Positions 1 through 7,247 of a stretch of DNA of 41,707 nt are shown here, in pieces. A program made the position numbers and the translations under genes. The stretch comes from Verrucomicrobiota bacterium (GTDB lineage Bacteria > Verrucomicrobiota > Verrucomicrobiia > Limisphaerales > JADLHS01): the NCBI GenBank assembly GCA_025457745.1, contig JALOTT010000013.1, positions 1-41,707 on the forward strand. Direction: 5' to 3'. The notes below the pieces were generated by a model, which was not told the DNA's origin, made no database searches, and saw only the letters and a list, made by a program, of their open reading frames with translations. The stretch's first letter is position 1. Every line of letters begins with the position of its first letter.

Positions 1-11
1 CGGCCCAAAGC

Positions 12-620
12 TTGACCGCCGTGTTGCGGCTGATTCCCGTGGAAATGCAGCGCCTAGTCGCGCTGACCCTCAAAGCTTCCGACCGGCTGCGCAAGCCGGC
101 CACTGAAACCCTGGTCAAGGCCCTCGGCGCGGAACTGGGTTTGACCGGCCTTGAGGAAACGGTGAAAGTGGCGGCTGCCCTGCCCGTTGAAATGGAGCGT
201 GAGCAGGCGTGGGACGAAGTCAAGGAACTCATCACGCGCCGCCGCGAACCCGCCGTCATCGCCGCCGCGATTCGCAACCGGCTGCACGCCCGGTATGACC
301 CCGACGAAGTCAAGCAAAGCTGGCTCACGCTCTGCGAGGCGGACGTGATGACGTTCATCCGGACGTTTTGCCAGTTGCCCTATCTGGCCGACGGCAGCAC
401 CGATTCGGTGGCGCGCGCGGTGATGGAATCGTATGTGACCCGGCTGACGCACGAGAAATACGCGGCCACGTACAAGAAAGTCGTCAACAGCCTGAAGAAC
501 ATGTTCCACGTCAACGCGCACAGCCCCACGCTGGTCAACTTCATGGCCCTGGTGAACTGGGCGGATGCCGACGCGGCGAAGAAACTGAGTTCGGACATCG
601 GGATGCCGGCAACGGCGTAA
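12..620 (+). CDS. hypothetical protein; frame is open to the window edge, so it may be 5'-truncated
   Basis: 202-aa ORF with a plausible, mostly helical composition. No stop codon in frame upstream of position 12. No family recognised. Confidence 0.5.
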   Translation: MTAVLRLIPVEMQRLVALTLKASDRLRKPATETLVKALGAELGLTGLEETVKVAAALPVEMEREQAWDEVKELITRRREPAVIAAAIRNRLHARYDPDEVKQSWLTLCEADVMTFIRTFCQLPYLADGSTDSVARAVMESYVTRLTHEKYAATYKKVVNSLKNMFHVNAHSPTLVNFMALVNWADADAAKKLSSDIGMPATA

Positions 621-730
621 TGCGCCGGGCAACCAGGCCGGATGGCCGGCCTGAAGAGCTTTCAACCGCAAATGAACCCGGATGAACGCAGAGGGAAAGG
701 GGCGATCTTGGCGGTCGCCGCAGACATAGT

Positions 731-877
731 TCAACCTCCCAGCGTCGTTGGATCGCTCACATCACCTTTGTTGTAGTCCGCGTATTCTTCCGTCAAGTCC
801 GCGGCATACATCACGGCGCCGGCCTGGCCGAGATTCGGGTTGATGCGCAATTCAAATTCCTTCGGCGCGCGGTTCAT
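731..877 (-). pseudogene. detached 48-codon copy of the ArgJ C-terminal segment (MNRAPKEFELRINPNLG...DLTEEYADYNKGD...)
   Basis: About 85-90% nucleotide identity by eye to 1549-1691. The peptide matches the canonical ArgJ C-terminus pattern (E-I-x-I-x-V-D-L-G...C-D-L-[ST]-x-[DE]-Y-V-x-I-N). Its ATG overlaps the vapC stop as ATGA. Confidence 0.6.
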
Positions 878-1308
878 CGTTTCCTTTTTTCCACAACCGG
901 CGTGAAGTAGTGGATGCGCGCGTGGCGGTAGCCTTTGAGTTTGGTGTCGGTGGTCAGCAGCGTGAGTTTGTGGACGCGCGCGGTGGCCACGATGAGCTGG
1001 TCGGCGGGGTCGTTGACTGGAAATTCCGGCAGCCGGATGGATTCGACGATGATGTCGGCGGTGAGCGGCAAAACGTGGACGTGCGGGGGCACCGCGGCCT
1101 TGAGCCACGCCGGCAAATCCATCGGCAGTGGAAGTTTTCCCTGTTGATGCTTCTTGGAAACTTCCCAAAGACTAAAAATGCTCAACCCCAGTGTCTCGTC
1201 GGTGTCGCCAACGATTTCTCGAATCTCATCTGGCAAAACCTGCTCGCGCAGAGCGCTCATCAGCCACACGCTGCTGTCGAGCAGATACCTCACTTCAGCG
1301 CCTCCCAT
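874..1308 (-). CDS. vapC: PIN-domain ribonuclease toxin, VapC-like
   Basis: N-terminal YLLDSSVW motif, then a later D and TxD (LLTTD) typical of the PIN fold. Sits directly downstream of an antitoxin-like gene. An alternative GTG start at 1293 would give a GTGA overlap with the antitoxin stop. Confidence 0.75.
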   Translation of the reverse strand: MGGAEVRYLLDSSVWLMSALREQVLPDEIREIVGDTDETLGLSIFSLWEVSKKHQQGKLPLPMDLPAWLKAAVPPHVHVLPLTADIIVESIRLPEFPVNDPADQLIVATARVHKLTLLTTDTKLKGYRHARIHYFTPVVEKRKR

Positions 1309-1517
1309 TGGACATCCACCGGGTCGTCAATGTCTGCCGGAATGGGATGCGGGCTGGGGGTGCAACCGAGCAGGCTCTTGCGCTTGCCGCCGCTCTTGGG
1401 CACGAGGTCGGCCACATGCTTGCCGCGCTTGATGATTTCAATGGTCTCGCCCTTGTCCAGCCACTTGGTGAGGCGGGCAAAGTCGTTGCGGAGGTCGCGG
1501 ATGGTCGCCGTTTTCAT
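1290..1517 (-). CDS. Phd/YefM-type antitoxin, partner of the PIN toxin
   Basis: 75 aa. The N-terminus MKTATIRDLRNDFARLTKWLDKGETIEIIKRGKHVADLVP is typical of prevent-host-death family antitoxins. It overlaps the downstream PIN gene. Confidence 0.7.
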   Translation of the reverse strand: MKTATIRDLRNDFARLTKWLDKGETIEIIKRGKHVADLVPKSGGKRKSLLGCTPSPHPIPADIDDPVDVQWEALK

Positions 1518-1548
1518 GGTGATACATTTGTATCACGAACGGAAAATG

Positions 1549-1740
1549 TCAACCGCCAAGTGTCGTCGGGTCGGTTACGTCGCCTTTGTTGTAGTCCACG
1601 TATTCTTCCGTCAAGTCTGCGGCATACATCACGGCGCTGGCCGGGCCGAGATTCAGGTTGATATGCAGTTCAAATTCCTTCGGCGCGACGGCGAGGCAGA
1701 GTTGCTTGAACGTCGCCTTCGTCGGTTGGCCGCGTTTCAA
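1549..1740 (-). pseudogene. argJ: ArgJ C-terminal segment, encoded in a different frame from the argJ body
   Basis: KRGQPTKATF...EFELHINLNLGPASAVMYAADLTEEYVDYNKGD aligns to the canonical ArgJ tail (KNGQP...EIxIxVDLGxG...CDLTYDYVKINA). It is offset by one nucleotide from the 1670-2848 frame. Confidence 0.6.
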
Positions 1741-2848
1741 GCTCCATACGCCCCCAATTCGGGTCGCCGCCGTGCCAGCTTGTCTTCACGAGCGGGCTGT
1801 TGGCCACCGCGCGCGCGGCGGCATCGGCGTCCTGAACCGTCTTCGCGCCGCACACGCGCACGGTCACGACGCGGTGAACGCCCTCGCCATCGCGCACGAT
1901 CATCTTCGCAAGTTCCAAGCACACATGGTTGAGCGCGGATTGGAATGTCGCCACGTCCCGTAGCGGCCGACGTGAGCCGGCTCGAATTTTGTTTCCGTTT
2001 CTAAAAGTGAGCCGACTGACGTCGGCTGCTACGAGCGTTGGATTTCCTGCTTCGCCATTCGCCAGCACCAGCACCGTGTCGTTGGTGCTCATGTCGCCGT
2101 CCACGGTGATGCGGTTGAAACTTTGGGCGACGGCGTCTTGAAGACATTGACGAAGCGCAAGTGGTGAAATGAGCGCGTCCGTCGTGATGAAGCAAAGCAT
2201 AGTCGCGTGAAGCGGCAGCGCGGCTGGGCGTTTGCCGGTCGCCGACATTCCCGGCTGAATCATCCCCGCGCCTTTGCAGATGCCGCCGATGCGAACGGTC
2301 TTGCCATCCTGTTTGAACTCAACCGCGATCTGCTTGGGCCGCGTGTCACTGGTCATGATGGCTTCCGCAGCATTCGCCGCGTGGCCGGCGCTTGTGCCAA
2401 GCAGCGTGGCGGCTTCGATGATTCCGGCGCGGATATTGTCCATCGGCATGGTGACCCCAATGCGGCCCGTCGAACCGACGAGCGCAGAACCGGCTGGCAA
2501 ATTGAGTGCCTGTTCAGTGAAGCGCACCATCTCCCGCGCGTCCTTTAGGCCTTGCCTGCCGGTGCAGGCGTTGGCATTGCCAGAATTCACGACGAGGACA
2601 TGCGCGCGGCCACCTTTGACCCTTTCAACACAGATTTTGACGGGAGCGGCGCAGACCTGATTGGTCGTGAACATGCCGGCGACGGTCGCCGGCACTTTGG
2701 ACACGATGAGCGCGAGGTCGCGTTTCGGGCCTTTGTTCGAGCCTTTGCCGGTGCCGAGACGTTTGATATCGCAGAACACGCCGCTGGCGAGAAAGCCTTG
2801 TGGCGCGGTGATCGAGCCGTGAATTTCTTTGAACGATTTAGTGCTCAT
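1670..2848 (-). CDS. argJ: bifunctional ornithine acetyltransferase/N-acetylglutamate synthase ArgJ; body intact, 3' end disrupted
   Basis: Autoproteolysis site context HATMLCFITTD, NSGNANACTG, TNDTVLVLANG, MIVRDGEG and NSPLVKTSWHGGDPNWGR motifs. After DPNWGR the ORF runs into 31 non-homologous codons and a stop. Confidence 0.8.
   Translation of the reverse strand: MSTKSFKEIHGSITAPQGFLASGVFCDIKRLGTGKGSNKGPKRDLALIVSKVPATVAGMFTTNQVCAAPVKICVERVKGGRAHVLVVNSGNANACTGRQGLKDAREMVRFTEQALNLPAGSALVGSTGRIGVTMPMDNIRAGIIEAATLLGTSAGHAANAAEAIMTSDTRPKQIAVEFKQDGKTVRIGGICKGAGMIQPGMSATGKRPAALPLHATMLCFITTDALISPLALRQCLQDAVAQSFNRITVDGDMSTNDTVLVLANGEAGNPTLVAADVSRLTFRNGNKIRAGSRRPLRDVATFQSALNHVCLELAKMIVRDGEGVHRVVTVRVCGAKTVQDADAAARAVANSPLVKTSWHGGDPNWGRMELETRPTDEGDVQATLPRRRAEGI
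1963..2029. repeat. imperfect palindromic element (21-nt arms, AT-rich 25-nt spacer) lying in frame inside argJ
   Basis: Left arm gcggccgacgtgagccggctc (1963-1983) against right arm gagccgactgacgtcggctgc (2009-2029), with 18/21 complementary plus one G-T. The right arm alone also folds as gccgac-tgac-gtcggc. Confidence 0.55.
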
Positions 2849-2884
2849 TTTGCGGCGTGAATTTGCGGGCGCGGCGGGAAGTTT

Positions 2885-3805
2885 TCAAATCTTAACCGCG
2901 TCAATTTCCAACCGCACCATCCGAACGTGGATATTCCCGGATTCGTCCGGCGGGTGTTTTGCGACGTAACGGGCAGCGATGGCGGCAATGAATTCTTCGC
3001 GCAAAGCTTCCGGCACGCGTTGCGTGTAGGGCAGCCACGTCGTGCGGAGCCACGCAGCAAAACCCATGGTGCTGTTGTAGGTCACGTCTTTCGGTGCAAG
3101 TTCGACCCGGCAGGATTTGAATCCAAAGCGCGGCAGCCATTTCTTGTAGTCCTCCGGCGCGTGGAAAAAGTAGGGCTTCGGCATCTTACCAAAAAATTTC
3201 CGCCAGCGCGCCAGCCGCATCTCCGGACGCAGGGCGACGAAAACGTCCTGCGCGTTGCCCTTGCCGCCGCAGGAGATGATGAGTCGCCCACCGGGTTTCA
3301 GAACCGCCGCCGCGCCGCGCAGAATCGCCTGATGGTCGTCCACCCAATGCAAGGCCGCGTTGGAGAAGACGACATCAAATTGCCGGGACAGTGAGGTAGG
3401 GCGCGTCACTCCGTGCGCGCCGTTGGCTTTCCCACGATAAGCCGGCGCGCACGGAGTGACGCGCCCTACCAGCGATTGAAGTCGTCGGGCATCCATGACT
3501 TGGAAACAGAGGCTTGGATGTTTCGTCGCAGGAAAAGCTCGCTTCGCGAAGGCGATCATCTGTCGCGACGCATCCACGCCGGTGACTGAACCGCGCGGAA
3601 CGGCCTGGGCCATTTCCGCGGTGACTTTGCCGTCGCCGCAGCCAACGTCGAGGATGTGCTCGTCGCCACGCAGCTTGACCTTGGCGATGAGTTCACGCGC
3701 CCACACTTGTTGGACGGCGGAGTTTGCGGCGTAATCGGCCGCGTTCCATTTGGTGGTGTTGGCGGGCACGATCAGACCAACCCGGCGGTTTCCGGGAAGC
3801 CGCAC
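2885..3805 (-). CDS. class I SAM-dependent methyltransferase (Tam/trans-aconitate methyltransferase-like) carrying an in-frame palindromic insert
   Basis: Motif I LDVGCGDGKVT, post-I DASRQMI, VFSNAALHWVDDH and a C-terminal Tam-like region. The start is uncertain because the ORF overlaps the argC 3' end by 34 nt. Confidence 0.75.
   Translation of the reverse strand: MRLPGNRRVGLIVPANTTKWNAADYAANSAVQQVWARELIAKVKLRGDEHILDVGCGDGKVTAEMAQAVPRGSVTGVDASRQMIAFAKRAFPATKHPSLCFQVMDARRLQSLVGRVTPCAPAYRGKANGAHGVTRPTSLSRQFDVVFSNAALHWVDDHQAILRGAAAVLKPGGRLIISCGGKGNAQDVFVALRPEMRLARWRKFFGKMPKPYFFHAPEDYKKWLPRFGFKSCRVELAPKDVTYNSTMGFAAWLRTTWLPYTQRVPEALREEFIAAIAARYVAKHPPDESGNIHVRMVRLEIDAVKI
3395..3470. repeat. perfect 27-bp inverted repeat with 22-nt spacer (REP/RPE-like element), copy 1, inside the methyltransferase CDS
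   Basis: ggtagggcgcgtcactccgtgcgcgcc (3395-3421) and its exact reverse complement ggcgcgcacggagtgacgcgccctacc (3444-3470). A second copy lies at 11875-11951. Confidence 0.85.
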
Positions 3806-4839
3806 AGAATGTTCATGCTTTGGACGGCCTGACCGCTCGCGCCTTTGATCAAATTGTCCTCGGCGCTCATGACGATGAGCCGGCCCGTGCGCGCGTCCAA
3901 GCGCCAGGCGATTTCGATGACGTTCGTGCCGACGACATTCTTGGTGTCCGGCAACGCCTTGCCTTCGAGCAGGCGCACGAACGCCGACTCGGAGTCGGGG
4001 TAGGCGGCGTGGTAGCAGGCTGCGACTCTTTCGCCGAGCGAGGCCGCACCCGCCGCGTCGTTGAAATGTTCCGTTGGCGCGAGGTAGAGCGTCGTCAAAA
4101 TACCGCGGTTCACCGGAATCAGATGCGGGGTGAATTGAATCGTCACCGCTGTCCCGGCAGCGAATGAAATTTCCTGTTCAATCTCCGAGAGGTGGCGATG
4201 TTTCGGCACGCCGTAGGGCCGGACGCTTTCGTTGCACTCGACGAACAGATAATCCAGCTCGGCCTTGCGACCCGCGCCGCTCACGCCGCTCAACGAGTCG
4301 GCGATGATGCTCCTCGGATTGATGAGTTTCGCCTTCAGCAGCGGAATCACCGGCAGCAGGATGCTGGTCGGGTAGCAGCCCGGCGAGGCGACAAGCGAGG
4401 TCTTTTTGATTTGTTCGCGGTAAATTTCGGGCAGGCCGTAAACCGCCTGGCTCAACAAGTCCGGCGCGGGATGGTCGTGCCCGTAGAATTCCTTGTAAAC
4501 CGCGGCGTTCTTGACGCGGAAATCCGCGCTCAGGTCAATGACCACGTTGCCATGTTGAATCAAGGGAGCGGCGTATTCGGCGGCGACGCCGTGGGGCAAC
4601 GCGAGGAACACAACCCCGGCCTGTTTGGCCAGTTGTTCCGCGTTCGGCTCGGTGAAGCGGATCGTCTTGGATTTGGGATGGTTCGCAAACCGGGGGAAAA
4701 TCCGGGCGAGCGTTTGCCCGGCGTATTGGCGCGAGGTCACGACGGCGAGTTCGACGTGCGGATGCGAGAGCAGCAACCGCACGAGTTCCTCGCCCGAGTA
4801 ACCGGACGCGCCGACGATGGCGACTTTTTTCGTTTTCAT
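3772..4839 (-). CDS. argC: N-acetyl-gamma-glutamyl-phosphate reductase
   Basis: MKTKKVAIVGASGYSGEEL Rossmann N-terminus, active-site PGCYPTS, SGVSGAGRK and the ED NLIKGASGQAVQ tail. Start taken at the MKTKK ATG (4839), although the ORF extends to 4878. Confidence 0.9.
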   Translation of the reverse strand: MKTKKVAIVGASGYSGEELVRLLLSHPHVELAVVTSRQYAGQTLARIFPRFANHPKSKTIRFTEPNAEQLAKQAGVVFLALPHGVAAEYAAPLIQHGNVVIDLSADFRVKNAAVYKEFYGHDHPAPDLLSQAVYGLPEIYREQIKKTSLVASPGCYPTSILLPVIPLLKAKLINPRSIIADSLSGVSGAGRKAELDYLFVECNESVRPYGVPKHRHLSEIEQEISFAAGTAVTIQFTPHLIPVNRGILTTLYLAPTEHFNDAAGAASLGERVAACYHAAYPDSESAFVRLLEGKALPDTKNVVGTNVIEIAWRLDARTGRLIVMSAEDNLIKGASGQAVQSMNILCGFPETAGLV

Positions 4840-4936
4840 CAGACCTTTCACCTGGCGCGGCGACGGGCCGCGCAACATTGCCGCTGGAGTTCACGCGCTG
4901 GCGTGTTTCCCGGCCAAGCTAAAGCTTGGACACCAA

Positions 4937-4967
4937 CAAAAAACCCCGCCGGAGTAAACCAGCGGGG
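4937..4967 (-). terminator. rho-independent terminator downstream of rpsI
   Basis: On the minus strand: stem ccccgc/gcgggg with a 12-nt loop, followed by TTTTTTG. It lies about 20 nt after the rpsI stop. Confidence 0.55.
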
Positions 4968-4987
4968 CTTGGAAATTTCCAGCGCTA

Positions 4988-5404
4988 TTAACGTTTCGAG
5001 TATTGGAAGCGTTTGCGCGCGCCCGGCTGGCCGTATTTCTTGCGTTCGCGCATGCGCGGGTCGCGGGTCAGCAGACCCTCAGCCTTGAGCGCGGGGCGGA
5101 GATTCGCGTCGAACCGCAACAGCGCGCGGGCGATGCCGTGCCGCACCGCGCCGGCCTGGCCATTCGGCCCGCCGCCGGTGACGTTGACGCGAACGTCCAG
5201 TTTGCCCTCGGTGCCGGTGACGGTCAGCGGCTGGGTCGCCGTGCCGCGCAAGGTATCCACGGGAAAATAGGTTTCAAACGCCCGGCCGTTCACGGTGATC
5301 TTGCCGGTGCCAGTGGCCAGACGCACGCGGGCAATGGCGGTCTTGCGACGGCCGGTGCCCAGATATTCGGGGGCTTTAGGTTCGGTAGCTTTGATTTCGG
5401 CCAT
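4988..5404 (-). CDS. rpsI: 30S ribosomal protein S9
   Basis: [12 protein letters not shown], [19 protein letters not shown] and the C-terminal [18 protein letters not shown]. Confidence 0.95.
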   Translation of the reverse strand: MAEIKATEPKAPEYLGTGRRKTAIARVRLATGTGKITVNGRAFETYFPVDTLRGTATQPLTVTGTEGKLDVRVNVTGGGPNGQAGAVRHGIARALLRFDANLRPALKAEGLLTRDPRMRERKKYGQPGARKRFQYSKR

Positions 5405-5444
5405 GGTGGAAAAGAGTCGTTAAAAGGTTAAAGCGTCAAAACAT

Positions 5445-5828
5445 TCAGGCCGCGGCTTTGAGTGCGGCGGGCATTTGCGCCGCGTGCGGATGGTTCGGGC
5501 CTTTGACAACTTTCAGTTTGGTCAGCAATTGCTGGCCGAGCCGGTTCTTGGGCACCATGCCCTTGACGGCGTGGTGGATGAGTTTCTCCGGATGCCGTGC
5601 GCGGATTTCGGCCACGGTCCGGTATTTCTCGCCGCCTTTCCAGCCGGAATAGGTCATGAACTGCTTGTCGGTTTCCTTCTCGTCAAGGTGGGGGGTGTAA
5701 ACCGGTTTGTTCTTCCCGCGCAGAATGTCGGCAACCTGCACGGCCAGGCGGCCGAGCACGGCGCCATCGGCATCCACAACGTGCCATTTGCGCTGGTCCA
5801 AATTCACTTTAGGCAAAAACGTTTTCAT
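5445..5828 (-). CDS. rplM: 50S ribosomal protein L13, unusually short
   Basis: MKTFLPK...RKWHVVDA.G..LGRLA...LRGK.KP.YTPH and AVKGM(V)PKN.LG...L.KLKV motifs. The canonical rplM-rpsI order is kept. About 16 residues after TPHxD appear to be absent. Confidence 0.85.
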   Translation of the reverse strand: MKTFLPKVNLDQRKWHVVDADGAVLGRLAVQVADILRGKNKPVYTPHLDEKETDKQFMTYSGWKGGEKYRTVAEIRARHPEKLIHHAVKGMVPKNRLGQQLLTKLKVVKGPNHPHAAQMPAALKAAA

Positions 5829-6023
5829 TTCTTTCCCGTTCAAAGGGCGGAAAAAGTACCAGACGAGCAGATGAAGTCAATAGCCCATTTCGTTTGTTGT
5901 TTGGCTTTCCTCCAAGTCACCTATCAATTTTGAGCGGGTAATCTTGGGGTGACACGCCCCACAAAAAGCCCCACAAAAAGCATTTGAGGAAATTCGTCTG
6001 CGCCCGTAAGCTGCGGCGGTAGT

Positions 6024-6100
6024 GCGCGAGTAGCTCAATTGGATAGAGCGTCGGCCTCCGGAGCCGAAGGTTGTGGGTTCGACCCCCGCCTCGCGTACCA
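6024..6100 (+). tRNA. tRNA-Arg (anticodon CCG)
   Basis: Hand-folded 77-nt cloverleaf: acceptor GCGCGAG/CTCGCGT, D stem GCTC/GAGC, anticodon stem TCGGC/GCCGA, loop CTCCGGA, T arm GTGGG-TTCGACC-CCCGC, encoded CCA. Confidence 0.85.
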
Positions 6101-6467
6101 TCTCCTTCATTTCTTGGATGGGAACAACGATCTCCCGATCGGCGCTTTGCTCAAATACCACGATCCTGCTCACCTCGCGCTGAACCGGAGTTCAGCGCTC
6201 CAATCCCACGGCCACAATCCGGAAGTTGCTTTTCACAAACAGTTAGAGCGAGAGGATGGATCCAGCACCCGCGCCGTGTTGTGAATGAGCACTTCCGGGC
6301 AGTGCTTGTAAAGGGGGTCAAATCCGCGTGGACATCCATCGTCAGCTTGATCTGCTGGTATTGCGGTTGGGTTGAAGTTTCGCAGCGATTCCGCAACGAT
6401 TGATTAAAGGCACGACGGGCATGGGGTTCTGAGCAGATTCGCGCGTTTCCAGCAGATTCTTTTTCGC

Positions 6468-7184
6468 TTGCCCCGGCCCCGGCCCGGGCTATCTTTGCGT
6501 TATAAGTGGCTAGCTTCATTTTTTGTGTGGCCGCAGGACGGGAAGCTCGTCGTGGGCGGATTGAAGACCGAGGTGAAGGGGGTTTGGCTGTTGGCGGATA
6601 AGGCCAGCAAGACCGGCCAAAAATTGAAAGTTGTTCGCTTAAACCGGCTCGATGTGAGCATCGAGGGATTGCCGCTGGTGGCGTCGGACGAAAACGATTC
6701 CGTGATTGTGCTCGATTGCGCGGGTGAGTCGCAGGCAGATCCAGCCCGGCTGCTTTCGCCGGCGGTTGGGACGGACACGCTCCGCAGCTTTGATGCAAAG
6801 CTGGAGGGGAAATTACAGTTCGGTGCCGGCAAAACCGGAGCTGCGCGGGTCAGCAACTGGAAGCAGACGAATGACGCCGTCGTATGGCTCGTGCGGTTGA
6901 ACGAGGTGGCCACCTTTGAGGCGACGCTGGTTTATGACGCGCTGACGTATTTGAAGCGCCATCGCGTGTTCGAAGGTGCCGCCGGAAAAGAACTCCAGCG
7001 TGGCAGCTCCGAAGCAGCGGGGATTTACACCGTAACCGCAGGCAGGCAAACCTTCGCCAGGTCGGTCAAGGCTGGCATCCAAGTGCGGGAAACGCTGGGC
7101 CGCGTGAAGTTGCCGCCGGGCCGCTATGAGTTCCGGGTGGCGGCGAAAGCAATTGCCGGTGAGGAATTATTCCGCCTGCGCTAA
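6468..7184 (+). pseudogene. 5'-truncated remnant of a GH29 alpha-L-fucosidase (C-terminal beta-sandwich plus CBM-like domain only)
   Basis: VWPQDGKLVVGGLKTEVKGVWLL...VVRLN... parallels NWPADGNLVVPGLKNSVKSARLL...VVLRIKG of the intact paralog at 9629-11389. No catalytic domain is found upstream. Confidence 0.55.
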
Positions 7185-7247
7185 TTGAATCTGAAGCTGG
7201 TGAGTAAATAATGGTTCTAAAAACGTGAATCAATCCGAATTGTTTCC

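Noticed and set aside
634-653. 8-bp stem hairpin (caggccgg-atgg-ccggcctg) after the first ORF, considered as a terminator
   Set aside because: There is no downstream T-tract, and short GC palindromes like this are expected by chance in high-GC DNA.
731-1740. Two small paralogous ORFs ending in ...PTTLGG, which could be read as ubiquitin-like modifiers, double-glycine leader peptides or RiPP precursors next to a TA pair
   Set aside because: Both peptides align to the canonical C-terminus of ArgJ (EIxIxVDLGxG...CDL[ST]xxYVxINxxY), and one is contiguous with argJ. They are duplicated gene-end fragments and the terminal GG is incidental.
910-1932. 340-aa plus-strand ORF spanning the vapBC region and the argJ 3' end
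   Set aside because: It is antisense to recognisable PIN, Phd and ArgJ coding sequence. Its C-terminus is Arg/Ser-rich and it has no motif support.
5877-6173. 98-aa minus-strand ORF upstream of rplM
   Set aside because: It runs antisense straight through the tRNA-Arg gene and has no coding-like features.
6151-6798. 215-aa minus-strand ORF, and a short minus-strand frame (~6240-6400) reading ...GFDPLYKHCPEVLIHNTARVLDPS that looked protein-like
   Set aside because: The long ORF is Pro/Arg/Ser-rich and antisense to the fucosidase remnant. The short frame has no start codon, is bounded by stops after ~57 codons, and I cannot tie it to any family.
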